Assembly: GCA_965237405.1 (NCBI GenBank)
Contig: OZ250139.1
Span: 2,949,661-3,013,660, forward strand
From: Vicinamibacterales bacterium
GTDB lineage: Bacteria; Acidobacteriota; Vicinamibacteria; Vicinamibacterales; UBA8438
Length of the DNA: 64,000 nt
Reading direction: 5' to 3'
The notes under the pieces are model-generated. The model saw nothing but the letters and a program-made list of their open reading frames with translations, did no database searches and had not been told where the DNA came from. Below, one piece after another: positions 9,712 to 16,976 of this stretch; position 1 is the first letter of the stretch, and every line of letters starts with the position of its first letter. A program made the position numbers and the translations under genes.

Positions 9712-10049
9712 ATGGATGAGACCAGCGTCGATCGGCGTGACCCTCGCCGATGCGCTGTCCACAATCGCGCTGGAGCGCCCTGCGGAAAGTTTTCGATGCA
9801 GGCGTCTGCCGCTCGCACGGCGGCGCAAGCCCGCAAGCGCGGGCCAAGGCGGAACAAATGATCGAGATCGCCGAGCTTAGGCTCAGAGGTTTGGCGCCAC
9901 GCGCGGTCGACGTGCTCGAACGCCTGCTCGCGGCCGAGTCCGAAAGCGTAGCTCTTGGTGCCGCGAATAGTTTGGTGGACCGTTCGGTCTGGAAAGCCAT
10001 CGAACGCATTCAAGTCGCTGCGGCGATCATGGTAAAGCGTCCGTGGTGA
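9712..10049 (+). pseudogene. HGG-motif gene, copy c, frameshifted
   Basis: MDETSVDRRDPRRCAVHNRAGAPCGKFSMQ, then a small deletion relative to copy b changes the frame. The downstream frame reads VCRSHGGASPQARAKAEQMIEIAELRLRGL...LGAANSLVDRS...QVAAAIMVKRPW. Confidence 0.7.
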
Positions 10050-10550
10050 TTCGGAAAGTTTAAGTGGGGCGTTGACACGTGGTTCCTTCGGCATCGAACC
10101 GATTCACCAGATAGCGCTCGTAATCCTCGCCAATAGGCAACTCAGACTCAAAGCTCATTCCCCCATCCCTCCCACGGTGGTGGCGGAGTCTCCATCGGCA
10201 GTGAGGGTTACCGAAAGGTCGCAGTCAGTCTCAGGAAACAAGAAGCCGCCGAAGCCAATGTAGGACGATTCTGAAGGTTCCTTGAGAACCTGCGTGACGC
10301 GAAGCCGTCCCGAGAGGCCTTCTCGGTTGACCCGCCGTGTGATGGTCACTGCCACCGGACGCAGGAGCTCTACGGTCTGGTAGTCGCGCTGGGAGGCGTA
10401 GGTGTCATCTCGACTCTGCTTGGCAAGCCTACGCATCTTCTTGCAAGTCTATCGTCGAGATGCCACGCCTGCCACTGCTCGCCGCTCATACTGTGGTCGC
10501 GTCGAGGCGCGCAACTCAGCCGCGGAGCCACACACGGGCAACGCGCCGCG

Positions 10551-12995
10551 TCAGTCGTCGACCGCCTCGGCGAGAATTCGCCGGTATGCCCGCCTCGCCC
10601 CCTCGTAGGCGGCCTGCGCCTCCTCCCGCTCGCCGTCCCGAAACTGTGGCGACTTCATCTCCCAGACCCGGTCGATCGCCCGCAGCGCCCATTCCGCGCT
10701 CCGTCGCGATCGGATCGGCGCCCCGTCGACCAGCACGTAGATCGGGTTGGTGTGGGACGTGGGCAGGATCCTCAATGCGACCCAGCTCGATCGAGCGATC
10801 TCAGGGTCGAATGTGACGTCTACCCACTCGCCATCCGCCACGATCTCCAGCCGGGCCACTGGATAGCCGTTCACCAGGAGCTCCACCGGGACTCGACGGC
10901 TCGTACCGATTCGGGCCCGTTCGATGTCCCAATAGGGCTTCTGGTTCTCGTCATGACCATGGGACGCGATCACGGCACCGAGGTCGTCCTGGACATCCGC
11001 TAGATGGGCGGCGACACGGGCCGTGACCCGTACGGTACTAGTGCCGCGGAGGTGGACCTCACTCTCCCTCGTTCCGATCTCGATCCCATTCACGGCGAAG
11101 TCGACGATGTGGGACTTCCCATCCGACACGTAGCTCCGGCCGCGGCTCACCGCATCCATGTACCGTTGGAACGTCAGGGGGTCGTCCACCTTCGCGTAGG
11201 TACGCGCCATCGCCACCCGCTGGTGATAGATGCACGGAAAGTCGCTCTCACCCCCGATGTGGGTCCGAAAGCCGTTGTTCAAGGTGTGATACCACATGTT
11301 GAGCGACCACTGATACGGCGTGTTCCCCACCGAGAGGAAGTCCACGACGCTCCGCGTTACGGCAACGATGTATTCCTGGGCGCCGTTCCCATCCATCCTA
11401 GGCGTCACGTAATTGGGCAGCTCGTCCGTAGGCTCCATCGGCTCGAGGCCGTAACCGCTGTGTGCATAGCCGGTGACCCCGCCCTGCCCCTTGGCCCACT
11501 CCAGAACAGGCACTCCCCAACTCGGCCATTCTTCGATCGTACTCGTCCCCGGGTAGTCGTCTTCCTTCAGATTCAGGAGAACGAGGTGGCCGGCGTGCGA
11601 CGAGGGGAAACCCGAAACCTCGACGTCGTAGCGCAGCACATTCCGATCAGTGGACAGCGGATTCACTCCGCCCTCGAAGAACCGCTGCTGGAAGTACCAT
11701 CCCGGGGCCCAGTTCAAGATCGATCCCACGTTCACGTCCTCGCCCACGATCTGCCGCCACATCGCCTCCGGCGGCACTCCGTGCTCCGGGCTCTCATAGT
11801 GCGAGCAGCCCGCCGCATGAATGTGATGGTCGGAGCTATACCAGCCCTCCACGGCCGGGTGCACCCAGCGTCGTAGTTCGAACACCTCCTCGTGGGTCGA
11901 GACGCCGTCGGGCACATGGATCCACTTCCGACCCGTGAGGTACTCCGGGCCCCGAGTGAACTCCACCACGTAGTCGCCGGGCGGCAGGTAGACGTGCTCG
12001 CCATCGGTCCGGTAGACCTGGGGCTGGAAGAACAGATCGGGATACTCGTCGGTGGCCGCGACACGACGCGACGGGAGGGGGTACACCCCGACCAGACTCC
12101 GTCCCTTGTCCAGGTGCTCGACGACGGCGCGCCCCACCCCGCGTTTGTGGTCGGTGGGCCTCAGGAGAGCGAGGTACTGACGATAGTCAGCCGGCAGCGG
12201 GCTGGTGACGGGATCTTCGACGAACCGGTCAACGTCATCCGTGATGATGAACGACCCTGTCGTTGGCGAGCCGTCGTCATCCCGCACCCGCAACACCAGC
12301 TTCACTGCGGGACGGATGTCGAACAGAACCGGCACATCGTTCCGGTAGCCGATGTCCTGTGTCCCCTGACCGATGTTGAAGCCGAGTGCCGCCTCCCGCT
12401 GGCCCACCGCGGTCGTGTACACCTGGAGCACGGCGTACTCGAGGCCCAGGCCCGACAGATGCGGTAGCAACGGCCGGCGCCGGAAGAGCGTGAGCTCCAG
12501 GAAACGGTGGGCGAGGTCACCCGCGGTGAGGGCCAGCTCGTCGTTGCCCGGCGGCGTAAAGGTCGACACGTGCAGGACCGGCTCTGCGTTCGGGCTCTCG
12601 ACCTCAAGGCGGGCCGTGGCACCGGAGTCGTTCTTCACCTTGACGAGGAAGCTCGTCCAACCACCCTGCGTGAGCTGAGCGGCAGCAGAGCCCCGCTCCA
12701 CCTTGACCCGTACCTCCGGATTGATGTCGACCATCACCAGGCAGTAAGGGTCGAGAATCCGCTGTATCTCCTCCGACGTCTCGGGACTCGGGGCCTCACG
12801 CTGGAGCGCCCGGATCCGGGACGCATGCTCCGGACGCAGCGCGCTGCCCAGATACTCCAGGGCGTCGGTCAGGCGTAGCGCCTGGGCGACCAGCGGCTGG
12901 GGCTCGACGCCCTGGACGATAGGGAGATCCTGGGAGAGTGCCGCGCCGGGGATGCTCAGGCAGATAAGGGCGGTGAGGAGTGCTTTCCCATGCAT
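10551..12995 (-). CDS. large secreted PHP-domain (CehA/McbA-like) metallohydrolase, paralogue B
   Basis: The start is moved to MHGKALLTALICLSIPGAALSQ (signal peptide). It has the same motif set as paralogue A (SSDHHIHAAGCSHYESPEHGV, VEVSGFPSSHAGHLVLL, YAHSGYG, IGGESDFPC). Confidence 0.7.
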   Translation of the reverse strand: MHGKALLTALICLSIPGAALSQDLPIVQGVEPQPLVAQALRLTDALEYLGSALRPEHASRIRALQREAPSPETSEEIQRILDPYCLVMVDINPEVRVKVERGSAAAQLTQGGWTSFLVKVKNDSGATARLEVESPNAEPVLHVSTFTPPGNDELALTAGDLAHRFLELTLFRRRPLLPHLSGLGLEYAVLQVYTTAVGQREAALGFNIGQGTQDIGYRNDVPVLFDIRPAVKLVLRVRDDDGSPTTGSFIITDDVDRFVEDPVTSPLPADYRQYLALLRPTDHKRGVGRAVVEHLDKGRSLVGVYPLPSRRVAATDEYPDLFFQPQVYRTDGEHVYLPPGDYVVEFTRGPEYLTGRKWIHVPDGVSTHEEVFELRRWVHPAVEGWYSSDHHIHAAGCSHYESPEHGVPPEAMWRQIVGEDVNVGSILNWAPGWYFQQRFFEGGVNPLSTDRNVLRYDVEVSGFPSSHAGHLVLLNLKEDDYPGTSTIEEWPSWGVPVLEWAKGQGGVTGYAHSGYGLEPMEPTDELPNYVTPRMDGNGAQEYIVAVTRSVVDFLSVGNTPYQWSLNMWYHTLNNGFRTHIGGESDFPCIYHQRVAMARTYAKVDDPLTFQRYMDAVSRGRSYVSDGKSHIVDFAVNGIEIGTRESEVHLRGTSTVRVTARVAAHLADVQDDLGAVIASHGHDENQKPYWDIERARIGTSRRVPVELLVNGYPVARLEIVADGEWVDVTFDPEIARSSWVALRILPTSHTNPIYVLVDGAPIRSRRSAEWALRAIDRVWEMKSPQFRDGEREEAQAAYEGARRAYRRILAEAVDD

Positions 12996-13144
12996 GGAGA
13001 CATCAAGCAAGAGCAGTGAGGTAGGCGCGTTTAGGGCTTCCACCGCCACGGGGCAATGGGCACCCCTCGCAACTCCAGAGCGTATTGTATCCCAGCTGAG
13101 CTCCTCCCTTGTGCCTACCGAAAAACTCCATGGGTACGCTGCGA

Positions 13145-13264
13145 GTGGCCGATAGCGAAGCGGTGCGCCTCGGCGCGGCGCGGGACTTGGTGGACCGTTC
13201 GGTTGGGAAGGCCGTCGAGCGCGTCCAAGTCGCTGCGGCGGTCACGGTTAAAAGGCCGTGGTAA
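13145..13264 (+). pseudogene. HGG-motif gene, copy d (3'-terminal ~40 codons only)
   Basis: Translation ADSEAVRLGAARDLVDRSVGKAVERVQVAAAVTVKRPW* aligns with the C-termini of copies b and c. There is no upstream part. It overlaps the 3' end of the convergent 13248-13778 ORF by 17 nt. Confidence 0.65.
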
Positions 13265-13778
13265 TGGGATCTGCAATTTCCTCATACGTGACCCGACCGA
13301 GCCGCTGTGGGTCGATGATGCATTCCCTTTCGAGGTCTATAAAGGTTTCCGTATCGTCGCCATCTGGTCCCAGATAGGCAATCACGTCTTGGGGCGACAC
13401 GGTCGCGGACCCGAGACAGCGGACAACCTGTTCCCCTTTGCCGAAGCCGGATACGTCCCGTCTCGACATTTCCACCCCGCCAAACCTGAGCGCCACATCC
13501 CGATCGGTCGTCCACGCTATGCCGTAGCGAATCTCCCGCTGGACTCTACGCCACAGGCGGGCGTGAGGCACGCTGTTGTCGTCTATGCTGAACTTCCCAC
13601 GGTAGACGGTGATCGCCTTGGGCCATGACTTAGGAATGGTCGACTTCATTCCGGGCGCAGCCTGCTGAAACAACTTGAGGGCAAGCCCCTGGTAGCGGCA
13701 CCCCTTCATTAGTTGCCACGCGTATTTCAGGCACACGGCTTTTTGCTCGTCCGAGAGGAACGGAAAGAGGCGCCTCAA
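13248..13778 (-). CDS. possible R-S-E type ADP-ribosyltransferase-like protein (TTG start, or the C-terminal part of a TAG-interrupted gene)
   Basis: Three motifs in canonical order and spacing: ITVYRGKF (Arg), GIAWTTDRDVALRFGG (STS-like turn plus helix) and LERECIIDP (E-x-E followed by hydrophobics). It is in the same frame as 13815-14024, separated only by TAG plus 12 sense codons. Confidence 0.4.
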   Translation of the reverse strand: MRRLFPFLSDEQKAVCLKYAWQLMKGCRYQGLALKLFQQAAPGMKSTIPKSWPKAITVYRGKFSIDDNSVPHARLWRRVQREIRYGIAWTTDRDVALRFGGVEMSRRDVSGFGKGEQVVRCLGSATVSPQDVIAYLGPDGDDTETFIDLERECIIDPQRLGRVTYEEIADPITTAF

Positions 13779-13814
13779 GAACAGAAGGTGGTGTTCGCGG
13801 AACCAGCCCCCCCC

Positions 13815-14024
13815 CTACCTGAGCAAGTCCATCGCACGCATGACGTTGCCGTCCAGCACCGCCTGTCGGATCTCGGCGACGTACTTTTTCTCGTCTCGGG
13901 CACGGTCGACGTGAATTCTCTCGTCGGGTGTGATGAGGCGAGACTCGCCTTCGAGAAGTCGGCGACGATAGAGGCCCGCCGCGTAGTTGGCGAGGGCGCG
14001 AAGATCGGCCACGTCTGTGGGCAA
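13815..14024 (-). CDS. small helical ORF, probably the N-terminal part of the ART-like gene cut off by an in-frame TAG
   Basis: 69 aa starting at ATG. Its stop (TAG, 13815-13817) is in frame with the TTG at 13776-13778. The intervening 36 nt encode GGGWFREHHLLF with no stop. Confidence 0.4.
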   Translation of the reverse strand: MPTDVADLRALANYAAGLYRRRLLEGESRLITPDERIHVDRARDEKKYVAEIRQAVLDGNVMRAMDLLR

Positions 14025-14028
14025 CCTA

Positions 14029-14175
14029 TCACGTCCGTTGCGGGCGGTTCAACGGGGACGGGGGCGAGTCACGCGGGTGCGCGGCGTCCCATTCGCGGGC
14101 GAGGCGTTGGGCTTCGGCGATCTGTTCGGGTGTCATCAGGTGTGCAAGACCGCCGCACCCCAAGATGTCGCCGAA
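14029..14175 (-). pseudogene. C-terminal remnant of a Sel1-repeat protein
   Basis: ...GGLAHLMTPEQIAEAQRLAREWDAAHPR..., a typical Sel1/SLR protein C-terminus. The upstream part of the ORF overlaps the MerR HTH on the other strand and is not credible. Confidence 0.4.
14046..14065 (+). repeat. copy B of the GGTTCAACGGGGACGGGGGC motif
   Basis: GGGCGGTTCAACGGGGACGGGGGC is identical over 24 nt to 17363-17386. Confidence 0.8.
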
Positions 14176-14238
14176 CGCCATGCGGACAGATTGTTCTTGA
14201 CTCTGGACTGGACTCCAGAGTGCATACTGCTTGTAGAG

Positions 14239-14677
14239 ATGTCTGACAAGCGGTATCGCATCGGTGAACTGGCAACTCTCACCGGCTTGACGCCCGACGC
14301 ACTGCGCTTCTACGAGCGGCAAGGCGTGCTCGATAAGCCCGCCCGCACCAGTGGTCGTTTTTCGTATCTACTCGCCTCTGGTTGTTGACCGCATCCGCTT
14401 TATCATGAGAGCCTAGGCGTTGGACTTCACGCTCAGTGAAATCCGCGAGCTTGTCCAGTTCAACGGTAAGGGCGGACTCCGGCGTTGCTGCCGCGTGCGT
14501 GACCTCCTCAAAGTCCGGCTGAGCGAACTGGAGGCGACGCTCTCGGAACTCAGCGCCCTTCGGAAGACGCTGAGGACGACGCTCCGACAGTGTGAAACTG
14601 CCATCGACACAAAGAACGAGTCCGCATGTCCAGTCATCGAGCTGAGAACAGACAACGGAAAGGATGGTGTGACATGA
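14239..14677 (+). pseudogene. MerR-family metal-responsive regulator with one frameshift and one in-frame TAG
   Basis: MSDKRYRIGELATLTGLTPDALRFYERQGVLDKPARTSG (HTH), then a frame change near 14352-14362, then FRIYSPLVVDRIRFIMRA-TAG(14414-14416)-ALDFTLSEIRELV...RRCCRVRD...ESACPVIE (Cys-containing effector region). Confidence 0.7.
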
Positions 14678-14946
14678 CCCTCAGAAAAGTTGAGATATTC
14701 ACCGCGGGATGCCCGCTCTGCGATGAGGCGGTACAGCTTGTTCAAGAGTTGGCGTGCCCGAGCTGTGGTATTGACGTGCTGGATATGAACGATGAGGCGA
14801 CCCAACAGAAGGCCAAGAAATATGGGGTCGTCCGTGTCCCTGCGGTCGCGGTGAACGGCATCCTCGCCGACTGCTGCCAGAGTGGAGCCATCGATGCTGA
14901 TGCGTTGCGCGCCCTCGGCATCGGGAGTCCGGCCTCGTCGAGTTGA
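14674..14946 (+). CDS. small thioredoxin-fold protein (redox-active disulfide protein 2-like)
   Basis: MTLRKVEIFTAGCPLCDEAV... (CxxC), then ...KYGVVRVPAVAVNG. The ATG overlaps the end of the MerR reading frame. Confidence 0.65.
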   Translation: MTLRKVEIFTAGCPLCDEAVQLVQELACPSCGIDVLDMNDEATQQKAKKYGVVRVPAVAVNGILADCCQSGAIDADALRALGIGSPASSS

Positions 14947-14970
14947 CGGGTCATTGGAACGCGGACGCCG

Positions 14971-15300
14971 GTGCTGATGACTATCCAGTTGTTCTACTTC
15001 GACAGTTGCCCATCCTACGAACGGGCGCTGTCCAACTTGAACGAAGCGATGCGCCAGCAAGGGTTGAATGACCCGGTTGACATGGTTCGCGTCACCTCGG
15101 TCGAGGATGCCCACGCGACACAGTTCTTGGGGTCACCGACAATACGCATCGACGGGAGGGACCTCGAAGCCGCGGGTGTTCAGGAGAGTTCCTTCGGTCT
15201 TGGGTGCCGTGTCTACCGGGAGGGCCAACAGGCCACTGGTTGGCCCTCAGTCGCGCTGATTCGGCGTGTATCGCCCCAGGGTTCTTGGACAGTGGTTTGA
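14971..15300 (+). CDS. small thioredoxin-like protein, last ~5 codons displaced by an IS3-family insertion
   Basis: MLMTIQLFYFDSCPSYERAL...FLGSPTIRIDGRDLE. From 15267 on, the ORF reads into the IS inverted repeat. In-silico excision restores ...LIRRALDTA-TAG (16648-16650). Confidence 0.55.
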   Translation: MLMTIQLFYFDSCPSYERALSNLNEAMRQQGLNDPVDMVRVTSVEDAHATQFLGSPTIRIDGRDLEAAGVQESSFGLGCRVYREGQQATGWPSVALIRRVSPQGSWTVV

Positions 15301-15312
15301 AGGTAATCACTT

Positions 15313-16206
15313 CTATGCTGCCGCGTCTAGCCCGACCCGGTCGCGGCGCACCTGGGCTGGGCTTCGATAGTCGTACTTCTCAAGCATCCACTGTTCGTTG
15401 TATGTCCGCTTGAACTCAAGCAAGGCGAGGCGGAGCTCCTCGATCGTTTCGAAGCTCCGTACCCACAAGACGTTCTCCTTCAGTGTGCGGATGAAGCGCT
15501 CAGCGACGCCATGCCCTTCGGGCTCCCGCACGAAGCTCGGTGAGCTCTCGATACCAAAGAACTTGATCTCCCGTTGGAAGTCATCGGCCAGGTAGTTCGA
15601 TCCGTGGTCGTGACGAAGACGAAGCCCGCTGGCGACACCTTTGGCGATGGCGCCGAAGCGTTCCCGGACGCCCTGGCGGATCGGCTCCAGGGCCTCGAAC
15701 CGGCTCCCGCTCTTGGCCGCATGGAGGCCGATGCACTCGGTCGTACAGTGATCGACAGCCACGAACACGAACGCCGCCCCCTCGCCGACCGTCACCGTGG
15801 CCGACATGTCCGTTCCCCACATCACATCGGGGGCCTCCGTGGTGATCGTGCCGTCATGCGCCTTCGGGCCGTGCGCGTGCCCCGCGCGGTGCGGGGCCTG
15901 GAGGTCGTGCTCCCGCATCAACCGCCGCACCCGCTCCTTCGAGGTGCGGATCCCCGCGACCCGCAGCTTCGCCCAGGCTTTGCGGTACCCCTCGCCATGA
16001 AACGGCGAGGCTTCGAGTACCCGGCGGATGTGGCCGACCAGCACCTCGTCCGGGGCGGCACCGACCGGCGCGCGGCGACACCACGGCGCGCGTGACCTCG
16101 TCGCGTGACGCCTCGCGTAGACGCTGGACCGCGCCCGCTCCCACACGCGGCAGATCCGCTGCACGCCGTACGCCCGACGGGTGGAGATCGAATGGGCGCC
16201 ACTCAT
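15313..16206 (-). CDS. IS3-family transposase OrfB (DDE / rve integrase core)
   Basis: WGTDMS...VAVDHCTTECIG, RHDHGSNYLADDF and PEGHGVAERFIRTLKEN (D, D, 35-E arrangement). Confidence 0.9.
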   Translation of the reverse strand: MSGAHSISTRRAYGVQRICRVWERARSSVYARRHATRSRAPWCRRAPVGAAPDEVLVGHIRRVLEASPFHGEGYRKAWAKLRVAGIRTSKERVRRLMREHDLQAPHRAGHAHGPKAHDGTITTEAPDVMWGTDMSATVTVGEGAAFVFVAVDHCTTECIGLHAAKSGSRFEALEPIRQGVRERFGAIAKGVASGLRLRHDHGSNYLADDFQREIKFFGIESSPSFVREPEGHGVAERFIRTLKENVLWVRSFETIEELRLALLEFKRTYNEQWMLEKYDYRSPAQVRRDRVGLDAAA

Positions 16207-16595
16207 CGCGTCGACCTCCTCCGGGCCAAAGGGGAGCCGGCCTCCAGCTGGTCCACCTTCGCGTAGAGCAGTTCGTTCTCCATCAGCAGCTCGCCGACCT
16301 TGGCCCGCAGCCGACGGTTGTCTTCACCCCGGGCATCCGTCGCTCGGCTCTTCAGGCCCGCCTGGCCCGCGGCCAGAAACTGATCGCGCCACTGCGACGC
16401 CCGCGCCGCCGTGATCCTCCACTCCCGCGACACGGACTCGAGATCCTCCCCGCGCAGCAAGCACATCACCACGGCGCTCTTGCGACCGACTGAAAACCGG
16501 CCCCCTCCGGTCGCCCTCCGGCCTCCCTCCGCCACCGCCGACTCCTGATCGTGCTTCTCCATCTCGACACTCCTCCTACGAGAACTCTCTCGCAA
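16203..16595 (-). CDS. IS3-family transposase OrfA (HTH plus leucine-zipper-like C-terminus)
   Basis: 130 aa ending ...LRAKVGELLMENELLYAKVDQLE.... Its stop overlaps the OrfB ATG (ATGA), and OrfB is in the -1 frame. Confidence 0.85.
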   Translation of the reverse strand: MRESSRRRSVEMEKHDQESAVAEGGRRATGGGRFSVGRKSAVVMCLLRGEDLESVSREWRITAARASQWRDQFLAAGQAGLKSRATDARGEDNRRLRAKVGELLMENELLYAKVDQLEAGSPLARRRSTR

Positions 16596-16661
16596 TCAAG
16601 TGTCCAAGAAAACCCTGGGGCGCCCCAGGCGGGCCTTGGACACCGCCTAGGGGGAATTGTC

Positions 16662-16976
16662 ATGAGGCTTCTGGTTGGGTTCGCCGCACTGGCTGTGCTC
16701 GGAACGGGCGCGTGTAGCTCGGAGGTGTCGACTGTTTCAGACACGCTGGAGAATGTCTCTCCCGAACGTGTCTCTCTCCAGGTCGAAGGAATGACGTGAG
16801 GCGGGTGCCCCCTGGCCGTGCGCCAGGCACTCATGGCGGTCGAGGGCGTCATATCGGCGGAGGTGTCCTACGAACAGGAGCGAGCCGATGTTCGATATGA
16901 CCCCGAGCTGACCGCCCCGGACGAGCTAGTTGAGGCTGTTGATGCGATTGGGTTCAGTGCGAGCCTGTCAGAATAG
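16662..16976 (+). pseudogene. MerP/CopZ-like heavy-metal-associated (HMA) lipoprotein with TGA in place of the first Cys of GMTCxxC
   Basis: MRLLVGFAALAVLGTGAC (lipobox-like) ... VSLQVEGMT-TGA(16797-16799)-GGCPLAVRQALMAVEGVISAEVSYEQERADVRYDP...AIGF. The stop TAG is directly followed by the ATG of the MerT-like gene. Either a pseudogene or a Sec codon (see findings). Confidence 0.6.
16805..16830 (+). other. stem-loop 6 nt downstream of the in-frame TGA (SECIS-like geometry, or fortuitous in GC-rich DNA)
   Basis: Lower stem of 5 bp (16805-16809 pairing with 16826-16830), a CCC bulge, an upper stem of 4 bp (16813-16816 pairing with 16822-16825), and apical loop CGUGC with GU about 19-20 nt after the TGA. 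Confidence 0.3.

Larger units (their letters stand above)
15267..16627 (-). mobile_element. IS3-family insertion sequence, 1361 bp, apparently intact
   Basis: Ends are TG...CA. IRL is TGTATCGCCCCAGGGTTCTTGGACA and the reverse complement of IRR is TGGGGCGCCCCAGGGTTTTCTTGGACA. A 4-bp direct target duplication GGCG lies at 15263-15266 and 16628-16631. There are two overlapping ORFs (ATGA, -1 frame relation). Confidence 0.9.

Noticed and set aside
10155-10436. 93-aa minus-strand ORF downstream of PHP paralogue B, and the 99-aa ORF at 28163-28462
   Set aside because: These ORFs have no recognisable motif, RBS or paralogue support. They may be further gene remnants, but I cannot support a call.
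11004-12467. Plus-strand ORFs 11004-11876 and 11892-12467 opposite PHP paralogue B
   Set aside because: Same reasoning: these are antisense shadow ORFs with low-complexity composition.
15271-16664. IS boundaries at 15272/16622 (perfect 12-nt CGCCCCAGGGTT inverted repeats), implying a fusion of the thioredoxin-like ORF to the HMA ORF after excision
   Set aside because: Extending the ends to TG...CA (15267-16627) reveals a 4-bp GGCG target duplication. It also restores a natural stop codon before the HMA gene, which is a more parsimonious reconstruction.
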